DNA from: Octopus sinensis
Lineage: Eukaryota
Assembly (NCBI RefSeq): GCF_006345805.1
Contig: NC_043003.1
Coordinates: 46,500,001-46,564,000 of the forward strand
Direction of reading: 5' to 3'
Length of the DNA stretch: 64,000 nucleotides
Part shown: piece after piece, positions 26,529 through 39,846 of the stretch
How the letters are laid out: each line of letters begins with the position of its first letter
Numbering within the stretch: position 1 is the first letter of the stretch
Position numbers and translations under genes: made by a program
Notes under the pieces: model-generated
Seen by the model: only the letters and a program-made list of their open reading frames with translations
Told to the model about the DNA's origin: nothing
The model's database searches: none

Positions 26529-26574
26529 GACACCTGATGTAGGTTTGAGGGTATATCAGCAGAAACATTGTGTT
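26529..26574 (+). ncRNA. minimal hammerhead motif (degenerate copy)
   Basis: GACAC CTGATGT AGG..CAGCA GAAAC ATT GTGTT; homolog of 2280-2320. Confidence 0.6.
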
Positions 26575-26992
26575 GACAACAAACAAGATGAGGACAAATA
26601 TCCGTTGAATGTAAATAATTTAAATAATGCACTGGCTGACTATGTTGTTTTACCGGCATTTGCTTTATTGTAATTGACTTACACTATATATTGGATTATA
26701 TATATATAGATGTGTGTGTGTGTGTGTTTGGGTTTAGAGCAAAATTTGTTGAAGAGTGCATTTCAATAAATGTATCCACACTTTTTTTATACATTGAGCA
26801 CTTCGTCGTAAATTGTAGTTATCATCCATTTATTTTTAAACGGAAATGTATGTGAATTATGTATGCGTGTGTTGATATGTATGTGTGTGTGCGTGTGTGT
26901 GTATGTATGTATATATATATAAATGTATATATATATGTACTTAAATACATTTATAAATACATTTAAATTTATATGTTCATACATTCATGCGC

Positions 26993-27023
<31 letters not shown>

Positions 27024-27129
27024 CACATACATAAATACATCTAAATATATATGTTCATACATTCATGTATACATACATATATGTGTGTGTGTCTATGTAT
27101 GTGTGTCTGTGTCTATGTGTCTGTGTATG

Positions 27130-27166
<37 letters not shown>

Positions 27167-27479
27167 TCATGCATATATCCGCATACATAAAACTGAGGAC
27201 TCGGATATTTCCATCGTAATACTATAATATCCAATTACTAAGAGCACCGTTGCACTTAATAACGTGGATAGTGTTCAATTCTTGATCGATTTTAACAGTT
27301 TAATTCGCTTAAATCACTTGGCCAATTGTGAAGTACATCTTCAGTTTCTCATTTTCAAATTGTATTGCTTTTACTTTATTTATTGTATTTTTTTATTTGT
27401 TCCCCACAATTATTTTATGTATATATATTTTTTTTTTCATAACTTGCTATCGTTCTTACTCTCTTTATTAATCACTATT

Positions 27480-27967
27480 ATTAATAATAAAATAAATCAT
27501 CTTCATATCATCGTCGTCGTCATCATCATCATCGTCATTATCATCATCATCATCATCGTCATCATCATCATCATCATCATCACCATCACTACCACCACCA
27601 CCACCACCACCACCATCATCATCAACCATCATCATCCTCATCATCCTCATCATCATCATTATCATCATCATTATTATTTTTATTATTATATTTATCCTCC
27701 CATCATCATCATCATAATGGTTGCGGTGAATGTATTTGTCATATTCGTTGTGGTGCTGGTCTTAGTGCTTATTGGAGTAATGGTGGTGGTGGTGGTGGTA
27801 AGTCTGTGGCCACTGCTTTTGTTGTTGTTGCTGATAATGATGATAGTGATGATGATGATGATGATGATGATGGGAATGATGGTCACTGAGCGTCACTGTC
27901 CTTATCGCTGTCATTATCGCTACTGTTGTTGTCGCTGTCAACGTAGTCATTATCATCGTCGTCATCG

Positions 27968-27999
<32 letters not shown>

Positions 28000-28322
28000 G
28001 TGACCGTGGTCATCATGAACACCATCAGCAGCATCGTCATCAACAGCATCGTCGTTATCGTCATCGTCGTCATCACCATCATCATCATCATCATCATCAA
28101 CACAACCACCACCACCATTACAATTACAACCATCAAGGCCACCGTCAGCACCAACAACAACACTATCTTTATCATTATAATCATCAGTATCATCATAAAT
28201 AACAGCAGCACCGTCACTACCACCATCACCATCACCATCATCGTCTTCGACATCATTATTCCCACAATAATCACTTTCTCACCCTTCAAATTACTTTATT
28301 TTAATAATAATAATAATAATAA

Positions 28323-28360
<38 letters not shown>

Positions 28361-28392
28361 TAACAATAACAATAATAATAATAATAATAATA

Positions 28393-28444
<52 letters not shown>

Positions 28445-28492
28445 TTATCATTATTATTGTTATTATTATTATTATCATTATTATTATTATTA

Positions 28493-28535
<43 letters not shown>

Positions 28536-28570
28536 CATAATTATTATTATCATTATTAACATAATTATTA

Positions 28571-28613
<43 letters not shown>

Positions 28614-28870
28614 TAGTATTATTATTACTATTATTATTATTATCATCATTATTATTGTTGTTGATGTTGTTGAGGTTGTGGGTATTATCATTATTGTCAC
28701 CATTTGTCACCTTCTCACCAAAATCTCTGTTCTCATCAATATTTCATACAATTGCAATTCTCATTCTGTATCATTAATGCTATTATTTCTGTTTCTGTTG
28801 TTGTGGTTCTTTATTCTATTATTGTAACTGTTGCTGTTGTTATCGCAATCGTCATCATCAGCAGCTGCAG
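27480..28870. repeat. large compound triplet tract (CAT/GAT/GGT, then AAT switching to ATT)
   Basis: Direct reading. Confidence 0.95.
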
Positions 28871-28912
28871 CGATAGAATCCTTAATAAATTATTGTTGTT
28901 GTTGTTATTAAG

Positions 28913-29305
28913 GCAGCGAGCTGGAAGAAACGTTAGCACGCCGGGCGAAATACTTAGCGGTATTTCGCCTGCCACTACGTTCTGAGTTCAAATTCCACCG
29001 AGGTCGACTTTGCCTTTCATCCTTTCGGGGTCGATTAAATAAGTACCAGTTACGCATTGGGATCAATATAATTGACTTAATCCGTTTGTCTCTCCTTGTT
29101 TGTCCTCTCTGTGTTTAGCCCCTTGTGGGTAGTAAAGAAATAGGTATTTAGTCCGTCGCTACGTTTCGAGTTCAAATTCCGTCGAGGTCGACTTTGCCTT
29201 TCATCCTTTCGGTGTCCTTAAAGTAAGTACCAGTGAAACAAAAGTTCGATGTAATCGCCAAGTCCTTTCCCCCTAAAATTTCAGGCCTTATGCCTTTAGT
29301 AGAAA
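28913..29305 (+). mobile_element. SINE with internal tandem units
   Basis: GAGTTCAAATTCC..GAGGTCGACTTTGCCTTTCATCCTTTCGG occurs twice. Confidence 0.85.
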
Positions 29306-29324
29306 TGATTATTTTTATTATTAT

Positions 29325-29750
29325 TTTATGTTTGACTTTTGCTTTACATTTGTACAAGATGGATCAATGTCTCGCCCAGAGACCTCAAGAGGCAACAAGT
29401 TGGAAGTTCATGCTGGTGTTATGCCTAGGGTGCCATATATTTGGTTTTGTACATAGTGTTGTTCTAGAGAATGTTTATGAAACAATAAAAAATTTATGTT
29501 TGTTTTAAAACTTGAGATTACATAGAAAGTATTTTGCGTAGGATATGGGCAGTTCCCATGAGTACTATCTTTTGAATTTCTGCCATTTTGGGGTTTCCTG
29601 GTATCTGAGCTAGGTAGTAATCAGCCCCTTTTGCTATCATTCACAGGGAACCTATGACAATAGGTATTGTTTTAGTTTTCGGGTTCCACATTTTTCTAAT
29701 TTCTATTTCTAGATCTTTAGATCGTCAGTCACTATCGGACATGCTCAGAT
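29325..29750 (-). mobile_element. R4/Dong-type (restriction-like endonuclease) retrotransposon 3' end in (TAA)n
   Basis: DLEIEIRKMWNPKTKTIPIVIGSL*..IPGNPKMAEIQKIVLMGTAHILRKILSM* (stop at 29518-20); AAT repeats at both ends. Confidence 0.8.
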
Positions 29751-29763
29751 TTTTTTTATTATA

Positions 29764-29794
<31 letters not shown>

Positions 29795-29970
29795 GCTGGC
29801 AGAATCGTTAGCGGCATTTCGTCTGTCGCTACGTACTGAGTTCAAATTCCGCCGAGGTTGACTTTGCCTTTCATCCTCTTGGAGTCGATAAAATAAGTAC
29901 CAGTTAAGTCTAATCGACTTACCCCTCCCGCGAACTGGGTAGCCTTCTGCCAAATTTCAAAGTCATTATT
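29795..29970 (+). mobile_element. SINE (same family as 28913)
   Basis: GCTGGCAGAATCGTTAGC..GAGTTCAAATTCCGCCGAGG. Confidence 0.8.
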
Positions 29971-30010
29971 ATCATTGGTGATTTAATTTGTAGTAGTAGC
30001 GACATCAGCT

Positions 30011-30059
<49 letters not shown>

Positions 30060-30335
30060 AATGATCATCTTGTTCTTCATGATCATCATTATTACAACGT
30101 GGGATTCGATCTCATTCTATTACTCTTGGATATTTCATAATGCAAGAATTGTCGCTAGGTGCCGCTACTTATCAAAAAACTGTTGTCCTCTCGTCTGTCG
30201 ATAGTTTCTCTTAATGGAATTGTGTCTCAAACAACCACTAAGGTATCCATTTACGTGTGCATGACTGAGCATGTAATATTGCGTACATATATAAGAATCT
30301 ATACGTGTGTGTATATATATGTGTGTGTGTGTATG

Positions 30336-30379
<44 letters not shown>

Positions 30380-30661
30380 TAAACACGCACTTCATATTGA
30401 ATGTGTGTGTGGTTTTTGTGTACATTTATACGTATGTTTACATGCATGTACGCATATATATATATATATATATATATTATTATATATATATATATATATA
30501 TGAGTACTAGATGCGTGTGAGTGCGTACGTGTAAGTGTAAATCGTGTGGCTATGCGAATGTGATTCTGTGTAGTGTAAAATATAAAAATTTTAATGAAGA
30601 CAGACATTTTGAAAGAAAAGGAAAGGTTAGATGGGAGAGATGGGGAAGTAAAGAGAGAGGT

Positions 30662-30700
<39 letters not shown>

Positions 30701-31089
30701 CAGAGACAGACAGACAGTTAGACAGACAGACAGTTAGACAGACAGACAGACAAAGGCAGGTATAGAAAGATAAGCGGGAGAGAAAGAGAAAAACCATGAA
30801 GAAAACTAGAAACGTTAAGAAATGAAGAAGACTTAGCAGCAGCCGGAGTAAGTGGGGAATTTAGCTGGAAAAAATCGATAAACGTCGCATGAAGTAGGAA
30901 AATGGCGGGCAACCCGATCGATAAAGTGGAAGGTTGGTGTTAATGACGGTGGCCATTGCTGGGAGAAAGTATCACTTGGAACATTCACCGACTTGATGCA
31001 TGTGTGTGTGTGTTTGTGGTGTGCGTGTGTGTGAGGGGTGAGTGTGCGTGTGTGTATGTACGCGCCAATATATATATATATATATATAT

Positions 31090-31120
<31 letters not shown>

Positions 31121-31126
31121 CATACA

Positions 31127-31160
<34 letters not shown>

Positions 31161-31697
31161 AATACATACTTGCATACATACAAACATACATACATATATG
31201 AAAAGAAAGTCAGGAGGATTAAGAGGCGATTACACATCAATTTACCCACGAGACGTCCTTCGGGTTACAGCCGTTTCGCAACCTTCTTCTCGTAGTATTA
31301 ATTTCAGTATGCTAATAATTATGCATGGACATTTTCATTAATACGTATGCTCAGCATTATACAACGCATGTGCATATTCGCAAATTAATGCTAATAAAGA
31401 AAACTAGCTTATTAAATTACTAGAAATAAAGACGTACCCGTCCAATCTGGTAGTCTCGTAGCTAGAATAGTAGGAAATTATCTCCCCGCTTGCAATATAT
31501 ATCGAGTGCGAAGCGCACTGAATAACCTGCTGGAGGAGGTGTTTTCCTGGGGGTGAAATAGCAGCATCGTCTGTTCTTACAGAACACCCATGTTTAGGTG
31601 ACGATAAACATTACTTCTCAGTATAGATAGTGCTTTTGTCTCGATTATAGAGATTTTCTTAACGAGCTAGTTTGCTTGTTGCATATAGAAAAACATA

Positions 31698-31755
<58 letters not shown>

Positions 31756-32462
31756 CATATATAATTATATATATTTATATACCCAAATGTATGCGTGTAT
31801 GTGTGTGTGTGAATGAATATACGTTGTTTAATTCGTTAAATAAAATTAAAATTAACTTAATTATATTTGCCTGTTTCTTCTGGATGTAAATGTGTAAATA
31901 TTTTTTTTAATGACTCTGAAACCCTCGCTCTCTATTATTTGTTCCGATTCATTGTATTCGGTTTAAAATTAAATGCATGATTATATGATACTTTCCTGGA
32001 TATCTGAATGTCTGATAAACTTATGTTAGTCGGATCAGCAATACACCACGTTGATATGTTTGATAAATATTAATTAGTGTACAAATATAGACTTATTATG
32101 ATTTCCCTGTACTTAGCACAAAAGTATAGTACCATATTTACTTGTGTATAAATCGCACTACTTTATACTTGATTTAATTTGACAAATCTGTGGTGCGATT
32201 TATACACAGGTCCAAGCTAAAACAATGAAGGGAAGATTTTTGTACCAAGATTTACCACTGAATTAGAGGTACGACGTTTCCACGAGTAACTATAGTATGT
32301 TTTACAATGACTTTTATAAGTAATATACTCCGAGATAAAATTAGATGAATGGTGCAAACAAATAACAAACCAGATCAGTATTGGACTTCGTAAAAAGAAT
32401 GACTTCCGGTATTTATTCCGGCTCTTGGGCAAAATTTGAAATCAATATTGTTATTACGTTTA

Positions 32463-33320
32463 AGGCGGTGAACTGGCAGGAACGTTACCACGCTGGGCGA
32501 AATGCTTAGCGGTATTTCGTCTATCGCACTGGGGTCGATATTATCGACTTAATCCGTTTGTCTGTCATTGTTTGTCCTCTTTGTGTTTAGTCCTTTGTGG
32601 GTAGTAAGGAAATAGGTATTTCGTCGGGCACTAGGTTCTGAGTTCAAATTCCGCCGAGGTCGACTTTGTCTTTCATCCTTTCGGAGTCGATTAAATAAGT
32701 ACCAGTTAGGCACTGATGTCGATGTAATCGACTTAATCCGTTTGTCTGTCCTTGTTTGTCCCCTATGTGTTTAGTCCCTTGTGGGTAGTAAAGAAAAAGG
32801 TATTTCGTCTGTCTTTACGTTCTGAGTTCAAATTCTGCCGAGGTCGACTTTGCCTTTCATCCTTTTGGGGTGGATAAATTAAGTACCAGTTGCGTACTGG
32901 GGTCGATCTAATCGACTGGCCCCTTCCCCAAAAATTTCGCAGCTTGTTCCTAGAGGAGAAAAGAATATTGTTATTGGGAGAAATACTTAGGAGCATTCCG
33001 CCCGTCTTTGCGTTCAAATTCCGCCGGAATTACGAGGCCAATGAAATAAGTACCAGTTAAAAACTGGTGTCTATGTAATTAACTATCTCCATTCCCAGAC
33101 CTTGCTGGGTTTGTGCCAACATTTCAACTCAGTAGTTATTACGTTTAAGACGGCGAGCTAACAGAATAACTAGCACACCAAGAGAAATGCTTAACGGAGT
33201 TTCGTTTGTTTTTACATCCTGAGTTCTAATTCCGCCGGAGCCAACTTTATATTTCATTTCTTTGCGGTCGATAAAATAAGTGCTTAATCGGGTACTGCCA
33301 AAATTTGAAACTAATATTAT
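32463..33320 (+). mobile_element. head-to-tail SINE cluster
   Basis: Repeated B-box/core units with successive heads at ~32463 and ~33150. Confidence 0.85.
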
Positions 33321-33808
33321 GTTTACGTTTTGTTTGAACCTACAACTAAAATTAATCTTTCCTTGGTCTCACTGATTCTTTAGCGTGATTCTTTTCGTGA
33401 TTCTTTTAGCGTGATTAGCGTGATTCTTTTCGTTTTGTCTGGAGAAATTCATTGTGCCCATGGCTTCAGCAATCTCCATGAAACTAGTCACACCGAAAAG
33501 TTAATTTTCTCCTTTAACAACTAGAACTTGAAGGCTGCAGAAAAAAAAAAAACAGAGAGAGTTCTAAAGGGATGATGCTCATCCAAGAATACATTATTTT
33601 AACATATTCTCACTTATTTAAGACTGTACGGAGCATAATATACAAGTATAATTGGTTGCTATTTCTAGCTGCTCGTGTGCCTAGCTAAAGGCTTCCTCGT
33701 TAGCTTGTGGTTAGTTGTGGTTTTTGCGGACAGGAGTGGTTTAAGATGACAGAAGTGCTTTTGTATAAACACTGATGCATCTGTGAATAGTTAGTATTGC
33801 TTTCTTCG

Positions 33809-33866
33809 ATGTTGGTGCTTTTGAAGGTGATAGCATTGATGACGGGACATTATGGATGTTGTGACG
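33809..33866 (+). CDS. candidate signal-peptide-like first coding exon
   Basis: ATG..MLVLLKVIALMTGHYGCCD-G then GTAAGA donor (phase 1); no homology support. Confidence 0.2.
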
Positions 33867-34129
33867 GTAAGAGTGAATAGTGTTTGAGCATTGAGAACGG
33901 TGTTCATAGAAATATATTTGGGGTGATGAGGTGACCATGGTTACTGCGAGTATTTTGCGATAGTGATAGCCGCATGCATGTATGTGTATGTATATATGTG
34001 TGTGTGTGAGGGGTGGAGGTTTTATGCGTATGCGCGTATTTTTGCGGGTGTAGGATTATGTTAGTAAATGTAATAATAGTAGGTCGGTGTTAATGATGCT
34101 GCAATGTGAGCTGTAAGAGTGATAATGCT

Positions 34130-34960
34130 TGGTGGTTGTGGTGATGGTGGGGTACTAGTTATTTGTTAATGATGTCATTAATGCGGTACCAGTGGTGGTG
34201 GTGGGGTTGTGGTGGTAGTTGTGGTGGTATGGTGGCGGTGGTATGGTGGTCGTCGTAGTAGTGGTCGTTGTGGTAGTGGTTGTCGTGGAGGTGGTGATGG
34301 TGGTGATGGTGGTGGTGGTGGTGGTGGTGGTTGTGGTGGTGGTGGTGGTGATGGGAGTGGTATGGTGGTGACGGTGGCGATGATAAGGTGGTGGTTGTGG
34401 TGGTATGGTGGTCGTCGTGGTCCTAGTCGTAGTGGTAGTGATTGTGGTGGAGGTGGTGATGGTGGTGGTAGTGGGAGTGGTATGGGGGTGACGGTGGTGC
34501 TGATAAGGTAGTGGCTGTGGTGGTATGATGGTGGTTGTGATGGTATGGTGGTCGTCGTGGTCGTTGTGGTTGTGGTTGTCGTGGAGGTGGTGGTGGGAGT
34601 TGTATGGTAGTGACGGTGGTGGTGATAAGGTGGTGATTGTGGTAGTATGATGATGGTTGTGGTGGCATAATGGTCGTCGCGGTCGTGGTCGTTGTGGTAG
34701 TGGTTGTCGTGGAGGTGGTGATGATGGTTGTTGTGGTGGTGGTGGTGGTGGTGGTTGTGGCAGTCATCATCGTCGTCGTGGCGGTGTGTTAGTAAACGTG
34801 ATGATATGGAGTGGTGTTAATGAGGATAGTATGCTAACGGTTATGGTAACGCTATGTTAATGATGGCGTTATTGTAGAGACGTTGTTGTTGCTGTTAGCT
34901 GTGATGTTGATGATGTTACTGTTGATGGTGGTGGTGATGGTGATGGTTGGTTATGGTGAT
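34130..34960. repeat. GGT-rich tract with a ~125-160 bp higher-order unit
   Basis: GGTATGGTGGTCGTCGT-like anchor recurs at ~34241, 34403, 34543 and 34667. Confidence 0.85.
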
Positions 34961-35419
34961 GATCGTATTAGTGTTATGTCAGTTGTGGACTGGTGGAATT
35001 GGTGGAGCCGGTGATGCCATAAATGGTGGCATCAAACGACATAAGGCGGTTTCCAATATTTTCGACAGAACAAAAGCAGCGCACGGTGAGTGATCAATTA
35101 TTGACAATCCCTGAGTGAGTATACATATATACACACACATACATACATACACTCTGGCGCACATTCACACATATACATATATACATACACATATACATAT
35201 ATATGTGTGTGTGTGTGCGTGTGAACTATGTGTTTATGTGCTGACTTGTGTATGTGTGTATGTGTTAATAAACGAATGTGCATATATCTGTATGTGTTTG
35301 TATGTATATATGGGTACATGTATGTGATTGATTGGTTGGTCTGCTTCATATCCGGGTCTTTCGCTTTAGTTCAGGTACTGAAGAACGTTTCAGTGATTTA
35401 ATCTCAATAGATTTCACTC

Positions 35420-35462
<43 letters not shown>

Positions 35463-35695
35463 TGTGTGTGTTGTGTGTGTGTTTACATGTCCTTTGGGCT
35501 AGTCTTTGTGGGTGTATGTGTGTGTGTTGTGTGTTCGTTCATTTGTCTACCTCATATATGCGTGCGCTCGTGAATGTGTGTAAATATATGTGTTTGCGGA
35601 TATATGCATAAATTGGTCAGTGTTAATTCTTGTGTGTATCTATGTTGTCTACGTCGTCTCTAGGCTTTATTAACAATGAAAAAGCATGTGGATAT

Positions 35696-35734
<39 letters not shown>

Positions 35735-35877
35735 GAGAAAGAAAGAAAGAAAGAAAGACGGATAAATAGATAGAGAGAGAGTGAGAGATAGGGAAGTAGG
35801 TAGGTAGTTGTTACGAAAGTATGTTTGGTAGAGAGATAGATTGAGACAGACAGACAGACAGACTGATTGATAGATAT

Positions 35878-35912
<35 letters not shown>

Positions 35913-36062
35913 CATACATACATACATACATACATACATACATAGACAGACAGACAGACAGATAGACAAACAGCTAGATAGATAGATAGATACATACATA
36001 GACAGAAAGACAGACAGACACACAAACAGGCACACTGACAGACACACAGACAGACACACAGT

Positions 36063-36142
<80 letters not shown>

Positions 36143-36338
36143 GCATGGTGAATGGGAGCGCAAAAAGTATGTTAAAAGGGGACAATTTTATTGTCTTATT
36201 TTACTTACAAATCTTTTTCTACCGAGCAGAGAGACGGTTCAAAACACATATACACACAAGCATACGTACATACATATGATATAGTCTCAAACATCGACAA
36301 ATAAACAGATAGATATATAGATTGACACTGGGACAGAC

Positions 36339-36431
<93 letters not shown>

Positions 36432-36974
36432 TTTTCAGTCACGTCCGGTAAATGCAGATAGAATTAAAGAAGTAAGAAGCGCACTGCTTAAAGAATTATG
36501 TGATTGAGGACGCGCCGGTTTAAAAAGTCTGTGATTCGGAAGAACCAGGATATTTGCGTTATGTAGAAAACCTTCCGTCGCTTTTCTGATTATCAATATT
36601 TATGTTGGTGATTTGACAACTTCCGTGTATTTATTGGTTTAGCCTCTCATACAAGACAATTGCACTCACAAATATATTCAATCATATACACGTATATACG
36701 TATGTGTGTGTGTACAGATAGATCTTATATGTATGTATATATATATAGCTATATTATATTATATACATATACACACATATACACACATATATACATATAT
36801 ATATATATATCTAATACGTATGTACATAACTATATATACATATATATAATAGATAGAGATAGAGAGAGAGATACATACAGATATACATATGTATATCTAT
36901 CTATATATATATATATATACATATATGTATATCTATAAATGTATATACACATACAACACCCCACACATATATAT

Positions 36975-37008
<34 letters not shown>

Positions 37009-37090
37009 CGTATGTACATAACTATATATACATATATATAAATAGATAGAGATAGAGAGAGAGATACATACAGATATACATATGTATATC

Positions 37091-37131
<41 letters not shown>

Positions 37132-37392
37132 TATTACATATATGTATATCTATAATTGTATATATATATATACATATATAATATATATATATTGTTGAAA
37201 TGGAAAGATGAATTATCTTGCTACGGATTATTCAAAAATTTTATATATATATATATATTATATATATATATATTATATATATATATGCATATATGTATAT
37301 ATATACCTGTGCGCTTGTGAGTGATGTATGTGTATACACATATATATATGTTATCACATGACTATATATGAACATACACACGATACATCTCT

Positions 37393-37435
<43 letters not shown>

Positions 37436-38249
37436 GTGGTATATATATAATATATACATAGACACATACATATATGCATAAATACATACAACATACATAT
37501 ATGATAGTGAGTGAATATATTAAGAGAAACATACGCACATACATATATATATATAATACAATTGTTCGTTTGTTTTCCACCTGCCTTCGTCTTTTGTTTA
37601 TTTTCATAAAGCTTCCCGTTATATATATATATACGTATGTATGTATGTATGTATGTATGTATGTATGTATGTATATGTATATATGATATGATATGATATT
37701 TTATAACGAGAATGTCAAGACTGCACCAGATAACCAAGCAGTATCTCTCAATATGTCTCCTTGTAGTATTCTCTATTGTCCACATGATTAATGACGTGTA
37801 ATGACAGAAGGAACCATTGTTAAGCAAAGCCACTTCTGATCCGATCTGATAGAATCATTGTCTATAAAAATCAAGACTTGATAGAACTAAAGTGCTATAG
37901 AGCTGTGTGCATGGTCAGTGTGTTGGCGGAAACGGTATGTATAGGTCACCGGCATTAAAGAGATGCTAGCTGGCTGAAGATCTGTTAACGAGAGAATGAC
38001 AGACATCAATCAATTTACTATCCAGCTTTAGATGCTTCGTATGGAGTATGTCGTAAAACTAGACACACATATAAATGCATGCAATCGCTTTCATATACGA
38101 ATATAAATCGGTAGTCATATACAGGCGCATATAGACAGCCGCATTCATTTTAAATGCAAAGTTGAACACACGTCATAGTTTTGAGCATGCATGTGTATAT
38201 TTGACCCTATGTGTGTATGACTGTGTGTATATTTATATGTGCATATGTA

Positions 38250-38295
<46 letters not shown>

Positions 38296-38328
38296 ACACA
38301 TACATAGAAACATATATATATATTAACA

Positions 38329-38426
<98 letters not shown>

Positions 38427-38457
38427 ACAGCAGCAGCAGTAGGAGGAGGAGGAGGGT

Positions 38458-38489
<32 letters not shown>

Positions 38490-38558
38490 TAGTAGTAGTA
38501 GTAGTAGTAGGAGTAGTAGCAGTAGTGACTGCTGCAGCAGCTGTAGTAGTAGTATATA

Positions 38559-38707
38559 ACAGTTTGACTCGGCTTCTTGCAAGTTAAAGTCCCGCAGACT
38601 CGTAAAACGAACCAATCTCCTGAAGCTTCTGTTACCTAAGTGCGAAAGATCAGGTTCGTTTTACAAGCCCACGAAAATTTGACTTGCATGGAACCGAATC
38701 AAACTGT
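38559..38707. mobile_element. small MITE with ~55 bp imperfect TIRs and TA flanks
   Basis: ACAGTTTGACTCGG..GTAAAACGAACC / GGTTCGTTTTAC..CCGAATCAAACTGT. Confidence 0.65.
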
Positions 38708-38732
38708 TATAATATATTACATGTAACAAGAC

Positions 38733-39065
38733 GGTAAGCTGGCAGAATCGTTAGCACGCCGGGTGAAATGCTTAGCGGTATTTCGTCTGCCGTTACGTTC
38801 TGAGTTCAAATTCCACTGAGGTCGACTTTGCCTTTCATCCTTTCGGGGTCGATTAAATAAGTACCAGTTACGCACTGGGGTCGATATAATCGACTTAATC
38901 CGTTTGTCTGTCCTTGTTTGCCCCCTCTATATTTAGCTCCTTGTGAGCAATAAAGAAATAGGTATTTCGTCTGTCACTAGGTTCCGAGTTCAAATTCCGC
39001 TGAGGTCGACTTTGCCTTTCATCCTTCCGGGGTCGATAAATTAAGTACTATTTGCGCACTTTATA
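38733..39065 (+). mobile_element. SINE with two internal units
   Basis: Family consensus. Confidence 0.85.
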
Positions 39066-39110
39066 AGTACCAACGCACGAAACTATCGGACCTTGAGCTA
39101 CTTTGTTACT

Positions 39111-39152
<42 letters not shown>

Positions 39153-39165
39153 AGCTCGTCGTCGT

Positions 39166-39381
39166 AAATATTCAGACAAATACATAACAGAAGCACCAGG
39201 ACTTACAAACACATATAACATACAGAAAATTGCACTACTAGGCACTACACACATCCTACGCAGAACACTTTCCATACAATAACCATCAGAGCATCACAAC
39301 AAATCACAGCACATACCTAAGGCACACAGAGCTGCGCTCGGTAGTGAAGTGAAAGCACGCTATAAAAATAAAACTACTGAA
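39166..39381 (+). mobile_element. R4/Dong-type retrotransposon 3' end followed by (TAA)n
   Basis: KYSDKYITEAPGLTNTYNIQKIALLGTTHILRRTLSIQ* (stop at 39280-82), short 3' UTR, TGAATAATAATAA tail. Confidence 0.8.
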
Positions 39382-39454
39382 TAATAATAACAACAACAAT
39401 AATAATAATAATAATAATAATGATAATAATAATAATATAATATAATAATAATAA

Positions 39455-39670
39455 TGGTTTCAAATTTTCCCACAAGGGCAGCCATTTTGTGACAGAGAGT
39501 AAGTCGATTAGATCGATTCCAGTGCTCGATTGGTACTTATTTTATCCACACCGAAAGGGATGAAACGCAAAGCCGACTTCAGCAGAATTTGAACTCAGAA
39601 CGTAAAGAGCGAGAAGAGGTGCCGCTTAACATTTTAATCGACATCTAACGATTCTAACAACATGCCGCTT

Positions 39671-39672
<2 letters not shown>
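39455..39672 (-). mobile_element. SINE (B-box GAGTTCAAATT family), the only clear minus-strand copy
   Basis: GAATTTGAACTCAGAACGTAAAG is the reverse complement of the family core. Confidence 0.8.
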
Positions 39673-39745
<73 letters not shown>

Positions 39746-39773
39746 TGTTGCTGTTGTTGTTGTAGTAATAGTG

Positions 39774-39846
<73 letters not shown>

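Larger units (their letters stand above)
25450..26620 (+). mobile_element. Penelope-like element 3' half: RT C-terminus + GIY-YIG endonuclease pseudogene + pLTR
   Basis: HVNSIKPSIQFTMEKEK..TSVYRK; CLPYVKG; CSIPCSCGRLY..R..EH..SGIADHVW..KLKEA; followed directly by tRNA-like head, (AAT/AAC)n and HHR. Confidence 0.9.

Noticed and set aside
31262-31295. Hammerhead (GAAAC-GGCT-GTA on minus)
   Set aside because: No CUGAnGA with a matching stem I upstream
34209-34860. Gly/His-rich structural protein exon
   Set aside because: Frames break between units, no convincing splice sites, and it is explained by GGT-derived repeats
36760-37170. ~180-bp local duplication
   Set aside because: Made almost entirely of TA/GA microsatellite; ordinary slippage or an assembly effect
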